The position numbers were made by a program, and so were the translations under genes. DNA of 64,000 nucleotides from Naegleria gruberi. Its lineage: Eukaryota. How positions within the stretch are numbered: position 1 is the stretch's first letter; each line of letters opens with the position of its first letter. Location: the NCBI GenBank assembly GCA_000004985.1, contig GG738890.1; one strand, 5' to 3'. This document shows, piece by piece, positions 32,039-42,700 of this stretch. The notes below the pieces were generated by a model. That model did not search any database and had not been told where the DNA came from. It saw only the letters and a list, made by a program, of their open reading frames with translations.

Positions 32039-32986
32039 ATGAGTCAAACTCAATGCGCAAGAAAATCATGTGCCAGCTCTTCATCTTCCAATGAAGGAGT
32101 TTCCAACACTAAAGAAAACCAAAAAGCAATTGAGTTGGAAATTATTAAAAACAATATTGCAAGATATCATGAAGAAGCACTCGATCAATTGAGAAGATTG
32201 ATTCCAAAACAAAAAGAAGAAGAAACGAAAACAACATTCAATCCATCAGATATTTGGCAAGAGTTGAAATATCCAGAATTTGCTTCTTTGGAAAAGCCAA
32301 GTATTATCACTCAAGCAGATGCTAGTAGTAGAGTGGATAGTGATGTGTCTAGAATTGCTCCATTTGCTGAAACTGAGAGCATGTCCAGGTTTATTGATAA
32401 TAACATTGAAAGAGGGTCTCGTGTCATTGACTGCATGGGAGGATATGGACATGTAGCTATGGCTTGTATCCACGGAGGAAAACGTACAGATTTGGCAGTA
32501 TTTGATCACTTTGAAAACGATGAGAAATCAAGAAGTGTAAGAATGAAAGCAGTACAGAAGAATATGGATCAATATCATACCAAATTTTCAGGAAAGAGAA
32601 AGGCCAACATCTATGAGCATGGGATCCATTTAAAACAAGAGATGAGAATCAACAATGTTTTACTACTGGATGCAAGATTGATCACTGAAAAGCTTGAGAA
32701 AATCATTGAAGATTTTAAGAATTCTAATGCAAGAGAAATAGTGCTCAAGATTCCAATTCATTTCACACTGGCTAATGAGTTTGCTAGTAGGAATCCAGAG
32801 CTGAGAGGTATTGGAATGGTCATGAAGTGTCCAAGTACTAGAATTCACAATGAGACAATGCTTGGAATGGAAGAAGATTTCATTCAATTGCTTATTATTA
32901 GAAAGTTGGTTAAAAAGCAAAACAAGAATGATAGACAACAACAATATTATAACAATGATAGAAGTAAAAAGCAAAAGTATTATTAA
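32039..32986 (+). CDS. Degenerate TGS1-like methyltransferase-fold protein (paralogue of 34481..35563, lacks the PPWG motif)
   Basis: Colinear with the downstream TGS1 gene: RVIDCMGGYGHVAMAC vs IYDATGGIGGNTFGFV; NNVLLLDA vs SLVLIDAPWG; EIVLKIPIHFT vs MVVLKVPMHYS. The catalytic D/SPPWGG motif is replaced. Confidence 0.45.
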   Translation: MSQTQCARKSCASSSSSNEGVSNTKENQKAIELEIIKNNIARYHEEALDQLRRLIPKQKEEETKTTFNPSDIWQELKYPEFASLEKPSIITQADASSRVDSDVSRIAPFAETESMSRFIDNNIERGSRVIDCMGGYGHVAMACIHGGKRTDLAVFDHFENDEKSRSVRMKAVQKNMDQYHTKFSGKRKANIYEHGIHLKQEMRINNVLLLDARLITEKLEKIIEDFKNSNAREIVLKIPIHFTLANEFASRNPELRGIGMVMKCPSTRIHNETMLGMEEDFIQLLIIRKLVKKQNKNDRQQQYYNNDRSKKQKYY

Positions 32987-33179
32987 TAACTAATAAATTG
33001 AAGAGATAATGATTGTAATATTATAAACTGTAAAAAAGAAACAAAACCTAGAATTAAAATTTAAATAGTTTCATCAAAAAATTGTTTATTTCAAATGAAC
33101 CAAAGGACCTGACTGAATGAGTTACATTGAGGATTTAATATTGTTGTTTTATCAAGTTTCAATTCAAGTAGTTGTTTAT

Positions 33180-34310
33180 TTACAAGTCATTTGCCAAATG
33201 TTTGATAATAATTTCTTCATTCTTCTTTCCAAAGTATTGAGCCAATTCATCAAGTTTAACAAATTTAGCTTCACCATACATATCACTATATCCCTTTCTC
33301 AACAATTCTTGGTCCTCATTGGAAAGTTCCTCAAAGATCCAAACCTTTGTGTGAGTGAATAAAGGTAGCTCAACTTGAGATTCTTCAAATGATTCCTGAC
33401 CTGGATCTCTGACCACATAATCATTCAATCTTCCCAATCTAATAGCTGGTAATTCCTTTTTGCCATCAAAATTATTGAGAGATTTGTTCTTTCCTACATT
33501 TGCATATTTCAATCTAAAGAGTTTGTAACACTTATCAATGCTCTTTCCTTCTCCCATTTGTTGAATCTTTTTAGCATTTTCGAAACAATCGAGAATTTCT
33601 GCTAGGATTTGATTGGCCTTGAACTCTTTGAATTTTCTCTCCAATTCTTGAATTCTCTCAAAACTCAAACAGGAAAGTAACAATTTCAAAACGTTACAAT
33701 CAAAGGTTTCATGATTCAAAGGCAATTTTGATTTGGAAAGCTTTCTCAAGGAATAGTCCAATGAACCATATTCGATTGGCTCAGTTTCCTGAACGAGAAA
33801 CTTTTGGTCCTTCTTAATGTAAACTAAAGTACCTTCTGATTCAATAAGAAAGTTAAATGGACTTCTTTCCAACAATTTCAATGACTTTCCAACTTGTGTC
33901 ATTCTGGAACGAAACACTCTAACTTTCAATTGAATCATTTGACCAATCTTGAGTCTCTTGTTGGAATTCTTCTCAGAGCAAACTAATCTAACCGTAGCAG
34001 TATTATCAGAAAGGTAGTAAGCATATTCTTCTGCAAATATTTCAGAGATTACACCTTTAACAAGGAAAATCTTGTCAATTGCCTTTGGTGCTTGGTCAAT
34101 CAGTGAAGCCAAGTTTGAAACCTTCTCTACCAATGGAACAGTTGAGGTTTGCTTGAAATGCTTTCTTTCAGTTACAGTAGTGAGATTATTCTTGTTATTC
34201 GAATCAACTTTTCTGGTTTCAAATTTTTCTTGTGACTCTTGTCTATTAGAATCTTGCTTTTGCTTCTTCTTAATATTCAATGGTTGATTGCTATTCTTAT
34301 TGTCTGACAT
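33180..34310 (-). CDS. Hypothetical basic protein, possible OB-fold
   Basis: 376-aa ORF with an ATG start and a Lys-rich N-terminus. The central block (IFLVKGVISEIFAEEYAYYLSDNTATVRLVCSEK...KIGQMIQLKVRVFRSR) has an OB-fold-like pattern. This is speculative. Confidence 0.35.
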   Translation of the reverse strand: MSDNKNSNQPLNIKKKQKQDSNRQESQEKFETRKVDSNNKNNLTTVTERKHFKQTSTVPLVEKVSNLASLIDQAPKAIDKIFLVKGVISEIFAEEYAYYLSDNTATVRLVCSEKNSNKRLKIGQMIQLKVRVFRSRMTQVGKSLKLLERSPFNFLIESEGTLVYIKKDQKFLVQETEPIEYGSLDYSLRKLSKSKLPLNHETFDCNVLKLLLSCLSFERIQELERKFKEFKANQILAEILDCFENAKKIQQMGEGKSIDKCYKLFRLKYANVGKNKSLNNFDGKKELPAIRLGRLNDYVVRDPGQESFEESQVELPLFTHTKVWIFEELSNEDQELLRKGYSDMYGEAKFVKLDELAQYFGKKNEEIIIKHLANDL

Positions 34311-34480
34311 TTTTTTAAAGTTGAGAAGATTTTCCCTTTGACTTGGTCGTTAATTTTATGGCAAAATGTTGTGAATTCGTTTTTGAATTGTTTGCGTTGT
34401 GAATTCTAAACCTTCAAATGTGAGTAATAAATAGGGATTTTGTTGACATTTTTGATTTTGTTGATTTTTTACTGACAGGT

Positions 34481-35563
34481 ATGAAGGTTTGGAATTCACA
34501 ACGCAAACAATTCATTTTTAATATTAGAATTCTTTTGCCAGAGGCTTTTTTATTCAAAATTAACAAAAAAACAAAACTAAATATGCTTGCTGTAGTTAAT
34601 GAAGGTGTCGAAAGATTGATAAAGGAAGCTGAGAGAAAGAAAGAAGTGGCTTTGCAAGTGAGAAATCTATTCGAAAGTTCAGATGAAATCTCTGATGAAA
34701 TTCTCAAAGAAAGTAAGCAGCTTTGGGAAGAGTTTGGATTCACAGAGGAAATGTCCAAGATTACTAATAGAAAGTTGGCAATTCAAATTTTGCAAATGTT
34801 TGAAGATAAATTGGATGAAATTCTTCTTTTACTTTCTAACAAAGTTAATCCAACACAAGAAGAAACTAAACGAAAGGATAGAGATCCAAAGGTTTCTGAT
34901 TATTTCCATAGGAGAATTCGTTTCGGTATGAAAACAGATAGTGTTGATGCACTTTCGTATGTAACTCCATACAGACAAGCAAGAGATGTTTCTCATCATA
35001 TTTTGAAACAATTCGAAACTCAATTTCATAACATTCCAACTCATATCTATGATGCCACTGGAGGAATTGGCGGAAACACCTTTGGTTTCGTCGATATTCT
35101 CAGAAAATACTATTGCACTCAACAAGTGAATTTGAAAAGTTTCGAAATGGATTCGAATAGATGCAACTGCTTGAGAGATAACTTGAAAGTTTATCTGAAA
35201 GAATATTCCAGACAAGACATGAGAAAAATATCAACTCAAGTACTGGAAGGAAATTTCCTTGAGTTATGGAAAGAAATTCCACAAAACGAAAGAACAAATA
35301 GTTTAGTCCTAATTGATGCTCCATGGGGTAATTCAGATTATTCGAAACATTCGATTATTTACGATTTGTATCTATTCGATAATGAAACTCAGAAGAGTGT
35401 TAATGAAATTTCACATGAATTACTTTACAATGATGGAGTTTCTATGGTTGTGCTGAAAGTTCCAATGCATTATAGTGAAATGAATTTAGTTTCGAATAGT
35501 GAAAAGGTGAAAGTTGAAAGCTATCTCTTGAGAAAGAGTAAATATTTAATCATTTATAAATAA
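34481..35563 (+). CDS. tgs1: Trimethylguanosine synthase (RNA cap guanine-N2 methyltransferase, TGS1)
   Basis: SDYFHRRIRFGMKTDSVDALSYVTPYRQARDVSHHIL matches TGS1 [37 protein letters not shown]. Motif I IYDATGGIGGNTF. The catalytic LVLIDAPWGNSDY matches VVFLSPPWGGPDY. Confidence 0.7.
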   Translation: MKVWNSQRKQFIFNIRILLPEAFLFKINKKTKLNMLAVVNEGVERLIKEAERKKEVALQVRNLFESSDEISDEILKESKQLWEEFGFTEEMSKITNRKLAIQILQMFEDKLDEILLLLSNKVNPTQEETKRKDRDPKVSDYFHRRIRFGMKTDSVDALSYVTPYRQARDVSHHILKQFETQFHNIPTHIYDATGGIGGNTFGFVDILRKYYCTQQVNLKSFEMDSNRCNCLRDNLKVYLKEYSRQDMRKISTQVLEGNFLELWKEIPQNERTNSLVLIDAPWGNSDYSKHSIIYDLYLFDNETQKSVNEISHELLYNDGVSMVVLKVPMHYSEMNLVSNSEKVKVESYLLRKSKYLIIYK

Positions 35564-35627
35564 ATTTCCAAATAAGATTACATAATAAAATCATATCCAA
35601 ATCCACCATTAAATATATTCCTCTTCA

Positions 35628-36638
35628 TTAGTAATATTCTTTAATATCCAAAAGGGGAAGAATTATCTGTCCCATCAAAAACATGTACAACATTATTTTG
35701 TGAGCTTGTTCAGAATCATTAAACTGTTGTTCAAAATAGAGAGAGGAATCCATAGTTTCGTATGCAAATTTCTCAGCCACTTGTTTAGAAATCACTCTCT
35801 TCGTTCGTTCTGCCTTATTTCCAATCAGAACAAACTCTGCAATTTGATCTCTCTCTTTATACATACTCTTCAAACTTTCATACATTGTTTTGGCTGTTGT
35901 GAAGGACTTTTCATTATCAATGGCAAATATTATTGGAATAGTTCTGGATTGACGACTAGCTAATGTCAGAGATGGTACTGAAGGGAAAAATAATCCATGC
36001 TCGTATGAATTATTCTCTCCAATCTTGTAATCCACTTTTAAATATTCAGTCCAATTTCTATGGATTTTATATTTCGCCTTATTGTAAACAACTGTTTCAC
36101 AAAATGTTGATCTTCCAACGTTGAAATCTCCGGCAATATATGAATAATGTTTCTTTTTCTCTTTTGGTTGTTTGGCTTGGTATTCATGAAAGCAAGTGCA
36201 GGAATTTTTCAATTGTTGAACTTGTTTCTGCCACAAATCAGGATCAAATACAACTGACATAGGGCTCCTCACTGTCCTATTATCATTAATTAAGCAACAG
36301 GCAGCTTCATAAACATGAGTTTTGAAATATCTCTTCAAAATCTTTCTGTCCAATATTAAATTTTCATCAATTCTAATATTTTCCATCATGAACAAGTCCA
36401 TCATCATTGAATTATTGAATATTATCCCTTTTCTGTAAATTAATTCTATAACGACTTTCCGAAATGATTTACAAACTCTTAGCAGAGAAAACCAACTCCC
36501 TGAAATGTATTCGAAAATTTCACATAAAATTTCATTTGGAATTTGAATGATTTGGGAGTTTTCTCCGATTGGAGTTGAAGAGAATGAACGTAATGTTTCT
36601 AAAATACATGAAAATGGACCAAGTAACAGTTTGATCAT
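35628..36638 (-). CDS. F-box-like protein with C-terminal degenerate Ras/Rab-like GTPase domain
   Basis: F-box-like IPNEILCEIFEYISGSWFSLLRVCKSFRKVV. The C-terminal IPIIFAIDNEKSFTTAKTMYESLKSMYKERDQIAEFVLIGNKAERTKRVISKQVAEKFAYE matches the Rab G3-G4 region (VYDxTxxESF...LVGNKCD). G1 is degenerate (GDFNVGRST), and G4 is NKAE. The listed ORF starts at TTG; the first ATG is at 36636-36638. Confidence 0.5.
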   Translation of the reverse strand: MIKLLLGPFSCILETLRSFSSTPIGENSQIIQIPNEILCEIFEYISGSWFSLLRVCKSFRKVVIELIYRKGIIFNNSMMMDLFMMENIRIDENLILDRKILKRYFKTHVYEAACCLINDNRTVRSPMSVVFDPDLWQKQVQQLKNSCTCFHEYQAKQPKEKKKHYSYIAGDFNVGRSTFCETVVYNKAKYKIHRNWTEYLKVDYKIGENNSYEHGLFFPSVPSLTLASRQSRTIPIIFAIDNEKSFTTAKTMYESLKSMYKERDQIAEFVLIGNKAERTKRVISKQVAEKFAYETMDSSLYFEQQFNDSEQAHKIMLYMFLMGQIILPLLDIKEYY

Positions 36639-36747
36639 TTTTTTGTTGATTTTACGAGTAAAATAGTTGGAAAGAAAATTGGTGTGACAGTGAAAGTCAA
36701 TGAAATAAGGAACCTTCAAATTGTTTTTCTAGTAGTTTAAAGTTAAT

Positions 36748-39700
36748 TTATTTCTTTGAAATTTCCTTCAAGTAATCCACAAGCAACAAGCCAACATCAT
36801 GTTTAATCTTATCAGTGGCAATCTTGAAAGAACCTAATTTACCCAAACCACCAAATCCTGACTTGGATAAGGTATCATCATAATTAACAGGAGTCTTTGG
36901 TTTAAAGCTCTTTTCCTCAGTTTGTTGCATTATGGTATCAATCAATGTAAGAGAAACCTCGGCAATACGAGTAATATTGGCCTTATTGTAAACATTGATC
37001 ATGTGTGGTAAAATGTCTGGATAAACTGAAATGAAAACAGATGGCAATTTGTGGAAAGCTTCTTGAAGAGCAGAGTAAATGGCAATACGTTCTGTATCCA
37101 TATCAACATGTTGTACAGCTGTGATTAAGAATCTAGTGAAGAGAAGTGGAGTGAATGAAGATGAAGAGAAGGTCTTGTCATTGAAGAATACCTTTCCACC
37201 CAAAATTTGGCAAAGTTTTTCAAAGTCTGATGGAATCAAGAGAGCAATGAAACCAAGAATTGAATAATAGAATTTGATGCTGGATTCACTGATAATCTTT
37301 GGTGTGGATGGAAGTGAGGATCCTTCCATAGAAACAGGTGAGCTTGCAGTTGAGAGGTCTGATTGAGAGGAACTTTGCAATTGAGGTTGGTCAATAGAGC
37401 TCAGACCATCTTCTTCTTCTCCCAACATTAACATACGATTGTGTTGCAATCTGGCAGATAAGGTAATGAGATTGGCACAAATGTTGGCAGTGGTGGACTT
37501 TGTTTGTGCATTGGTGAGACCTCTCATCAACAAACAACTCAAAGCAAATGAAAAGTGAGTACGGAAACTAACACCAATGGAAACTTCAACCTTTGTAATC
37601 ACGTTATCAATAAGGGAACCAGAAACACGACAATAACTATTAAAGTATTCTTCGATGGAAATACATTTTTGGAATTGTGGACTGGCACCAACAGCATTCA
37701 AAACACAATCGAACAAGTGAACTACAGCAGGGAATAATGATTCATCACTCAATGCCAATAGCACAATTGGAATGGCAAATACTTGCTTGAGAATTGGTTC
37801 ATCAGGTGAGAGTTTGTAACTGTACTGACCCAAGCACAACAAGGTGGCAATCTTATAGTCAGTACGGAAAGCAGCAGTATGTTCATTGTTTGCAGAGAAA
37901 CTATCAATGAGACGTTCAACAACAAATGGAAGAGTTTCTTGTGTTTCTTCGCCTGGTTTGATGAGTACACCATACATAGCCAAAAGTCTTGGAAGGAAGA
38001 CTGGATTAGTCTTCAAGGCCTTGGAGTGACACATTTGAGTGAGTTCCTTATGCCAACGTTTTTGAATTTCTGGGTCGACCAAATAACAAGTCTTGGTAAC
38101 TTCATAAAAGTAGTGAGCAAGAGTTTCCAAATCCCACATGTTAATTGGTGAAATCTTGAATGGCTTTTCCTTCTTGGCAGGTGTTGTACCATCATTTTCA
38201 AAAGAAACAAATGGATCCATATCACGAGCTCCATCAGTACCCATAAACATGAATTGGAATTTGTCAGAGACTAGGGTATTCAAATGTTGTTGCATAATCT
38301 TCTTGTGTTCATTCGTAAAGTCCAAACTAGTGGAGAGTGAGTGAACAACATTGATAGCAAAGCCACGAATAGTAGCACGTAAGAACATTGATCCTCTTCC
38401 AATCATCATTGAAATAATGTAGAAGAGAGTTGGGAAGTTGTCCAAAACGGAGATTCTGTTTTGGAAACTTAACATGAGCAAGAATCTGCTATAGATAATA
38501 ACCTTAGCCCAACCTGGATGTTCTTCAAGAGGTTCAACAACTTCGTGAATTTCATTATCCATAACATCCAACAATTGATCAACAATCATCTTGACAACAG
38601 CAGGAGCATGACCACCTGAAGCCAATGTAACAACCAAATCATTCAAAATATCAACCTTCTTGGACATCTTTGGTCCTGCTTCGTGAGCAGCACTAATAAT
38701 ACATCTCATGGCAATATCAACAAGAGCACCATCCTTTGAAAGTTCTCCCCAAATTTCACTCAAAACAGCAGGATAAATATCTTGGAAGTCAATGGTGGAC
38801 TTGACCAAATCAGGGAACCACTCAGTGGTTCTATCAATTTGAACTTGAGCTTCAAAGTTACTCATCATACTTCCACCAATGATAGACATTTCATAATTTG
38901 CTCCCTTCATTTCAGAGTTCATTTGTTGAACTGGTTGTTGTTTGGAATCATTAGCTTGAGCATAAATCATGGACAAATTCTTAATCCATGGCTTCATGTA
39001 CTTCAATACCAAGTACTTGTATGGCAAACTGACCTTGTTGAAACCACGCAATGCTTCACGAAGGAATTGAGTGGTCAACAAAGGTTTAGCCTTGCTGACT
39101 TGTTCAGATAATGCAACAACCAAGTCACCAGTATTGTGAGGAACACAAATAATATCAGTTTCTAATAAGGTAACTGGGAATTCAAATTGTTCAGCAAGAG
39201 CAGCCAATAAATTGTAAGCTTCGGATCTAGTTCTTGGGAATTTAGATTCCAAGTTGAGGAAACACATGTTAAGTAAAGAACCTGGAATATCTTGTTGACG
39301 AATACCTTCAGCACGTTCTCTACCAACTCTGTCGTCGAGAGTGGCTTCACTCTTTTGTCTGAAAATGGAATTTCTAATATTCATCAAAAGCAAGTCATTC
39401 TTTTCGGCCTTGATCATCAACTTGTTATTACTACCATATTCAACAGAGACATGTTCAGTGTTACCAGCATTTGTTGAAATGGTGGCATGTGAAATTGAAA
39501 GTAATTCAATAAAGTCAATTCTCTTGGTATCGTGGTTGAGAATATTATCTGAGGTAATAACACACAAATACTTCTTTGAAACCTTAACGACAGCATCCTT
39601 CTTTTCACCACGTTGTGAAAGAATGAAAGCAGAGCTGAATGTTGATTCAACATCACGTTCATAATCAAGAGTTGATTGTGGAAGGTCGATATTCTTTCTT

Positions 39701-42700
39701 TCAATATATTCTTCCAATTCACGAACAGAGATACAGAAAGAAACCTTCTTCTTGATAGCCTTTCTCTTAACATAGGAGAACTTTTGAGAGAGGTGAGTCT
39801 TGAGATAGGAATTTGGATTAAAGATGATGGTTCTGGCGCAATTCTTACGAGCACCAGTTGGTAAAGTCTTGAAGAAGTTAACAATGTGGCCAGCTTGAAG
39901 ACCTGTTTCTTCACGTAAACCAGTAACATCAACAACAACTTCGTATGGTTTAGTCCAGAAATTCATCAAAGTCTTAAAGATATGGTACATGACCTTGTCA
40001 TCTTCCTTATCTCCTGTACTTTCAGCAAAGTGAGATCCCAAGTTTTGAGTGATAAAGTAAAAGACTGGTCTTGCTTCCTTGCTTGCACCAGATCTGTAGA
40101 AGATCTTACGTTCTTCAATTACGCTCAAATCCTTATCCTTATTGTCACTAATGAGTTGAATGAGATGAGGAGTGCTATATTCTTCAGAAGCTGAGGCCAT
40201 AGTTGTCTTCTTGACTTCCTTTTCTGGAGGTTTACCCAACTCTGTCATTATAACTTGCATACGTTCAATAGATTCTGCCAATTTCTTTGGGTCAGTAACT
40301 GGAGAAATGATTGAAAGATCACTATCGTCAATAGTCTTTCTGGTATCCATCTTTTGAGTAGATTGTTGACCTGAACGTTGGAGTTGTACCAATCTTTGTT
40401 GCATCTTTTCCATGTTATTGAAGAGGAATCTGTGAACACACAAGAAGTTTTCTTCACGAACTTCATCTTCCATAATAAATTCAGCTTCTTTGAAATCATC
40501 AGGGCACTTGGAAGAAACAGAGTCAAAGAATTGACGAGCTCTATCAAAGTTCTTGGCAACGAATGGATCCATCTTGACCATGAAAGCTTCCTTATTAAAA
40601 CTCTTGGCATCAGAGGCACTTTGTTTTCTTTCAAATTTGATACCATTGGCAACGTTTTGCAACAATTTGGAAATCAACAATAAACATCTGGAAGCTTCAG
40701 CAGTTGGTGATTGATCTACGAGACCAGAAGTCTTTGGAGAAACAATAGCTGGATTCAACAAACGCAAGAACAACAAACCACCAACAACAACGTGTTTGGT
40801 AGAGTGTCTTTCTTCGTCATCATAAACTGGTGGGAATTTGTTATTAACAGATTCTGCCAAATAATTACAAAGATAACGAATTTGAAGTGGGAGCTCATCA
40901 ACAGAAGTAAAGACATGTTCAAGGAAAGCTTGAGCAGTGGCAGCTAATAATGTAGCATTCTTTTCAACAGCTTCATTTGGTTTCAACTTGGTTTCATCTA
41001 CTTCGAAATTACCAGGATCAGAAACAACCTTTTTTACAAGTTCAGACAATGTATCAACAATATACTTGAATCCAACAGAGTTACAATAAGCTGTCAACAT
41101 CTTCGAAGCAGAACTGTTTGCTCTGAAAAGAGTAGAGGAAGAAGATGTTGCATCAACCTCCTTATCAATAGATCTCTTCAATAATTCCAAAGCTTTACCT
41201 CTTTCAGCAAATAATCTGATGAGTGCCTTACACAAGTCATCCATTTCATTTACAGAAACACTTGATACCATCAAGAAGACCAAATCCAAGTTTGGATCTT
41301 GAATTAAGAGATTGAGAAGCTTGTCGTACTTCTTTACACTTTCAGTATTTTGCTCTTCTTCCAATTGAATACCTTGTTTCATGACACGAGTTAATACACT
41401 CAAGAAGGCAGAACGAGTTTCTTGATCTTCAATATAGGTCATCTTCATGAATTGTTCGAGACCGTAGTTAATATTAGACTCGAGCAAATTACCCAAAGAC
41501 AAGATGGTATATTCACGCAATTGTGGATGAGCATCCTTATCAACCTTGGATCTTGTCAAGTATCTTGAGAGGAATGAGAAGTGCTTGATGAATTCACGCT
41601 TGTTCATATCATCATTCTTTTCACCATTTCCAGCCGATTGTTTATCACGAACTTTGGTAAAGTTCAAATCCTTGAGAACAGCAGAAATTGCCTTCATACA
41701 CAAAGCATCCAAGTTAGGGAAATCAAGTTCAACAACTGATGTTGTACTACTGGCAGCTGTCTTGTTGACGAATTCACTAGTCCATTCAGTAATGTGTCTC
41801 AAAGCTTCAAATCTGAACATAATTTCATTGTTAAAGGTGATATATTCCTTACGCTTCATCATGATATCAATCAAGATACATAATTTACACTTGATAACGT
41901 TATAATCCTTATTCAAAACCAATTGGGAACAATAACGAATAAAGCTCAAAATGAGAGTTTCAAACTTGGCCATGGCTAAATCTTCAGAATTTTCTTGGGC
42001 TTGTTCAAGGACAGAACGAACAATGTGAATGGCCTTTTCTACGAATAAAGTAGAAGAGGAAGAAACACGAACAATGGAAGCACCTTCTTCAAAACATCCA
42101 GAAACATAACTGTGCAAAGATTGGAACAAGACACCATATAGTGAAGGAGCCAACTCTGTACCAATAGTTTGAGCAACATTGTCACGAATGAGTGGAACAT
42201 CACTCACAACCAATCTCATCAAATTTCTAATCAAATCATCCTTCATGGAAAAGTCCTTCTTTTCCTTCTTGAGAGTGGTACCACCACGAACTCCTCTAGC
42301 AGATAAACTACCATCATTAGTACTGTCATCTGAACCTTGATCCTTGATTGGAACTGGATTGTTGGATGGATTCAATAAAGTTTCACTTGATTGTAAGCAA
42401 ACACCACCCATAGAACATAAGAATGCTGTATAGTTCTTCCACAAGTTCTTCAAACGAGTATGTTCAACTAATCTGGCATCATCAATGAGTTCCTTATTTC
42501 TAATTGAACCTTCCTCGAGAGTTTTGGTAAAGTCCTTCCAACGAGAGTACATTTCAATGAAAGCAGCCAAGTTGGCCTTTGTTTGCAATTCAACACGACG
42601 CAAGAGACGACGAATTGATTTTTGTTGGTGATTTCTGGTTTTACCTAGTTCATCCAATTTAGAAATCTTACGATAGAGTTGATAATTTTGAGCAATACCA

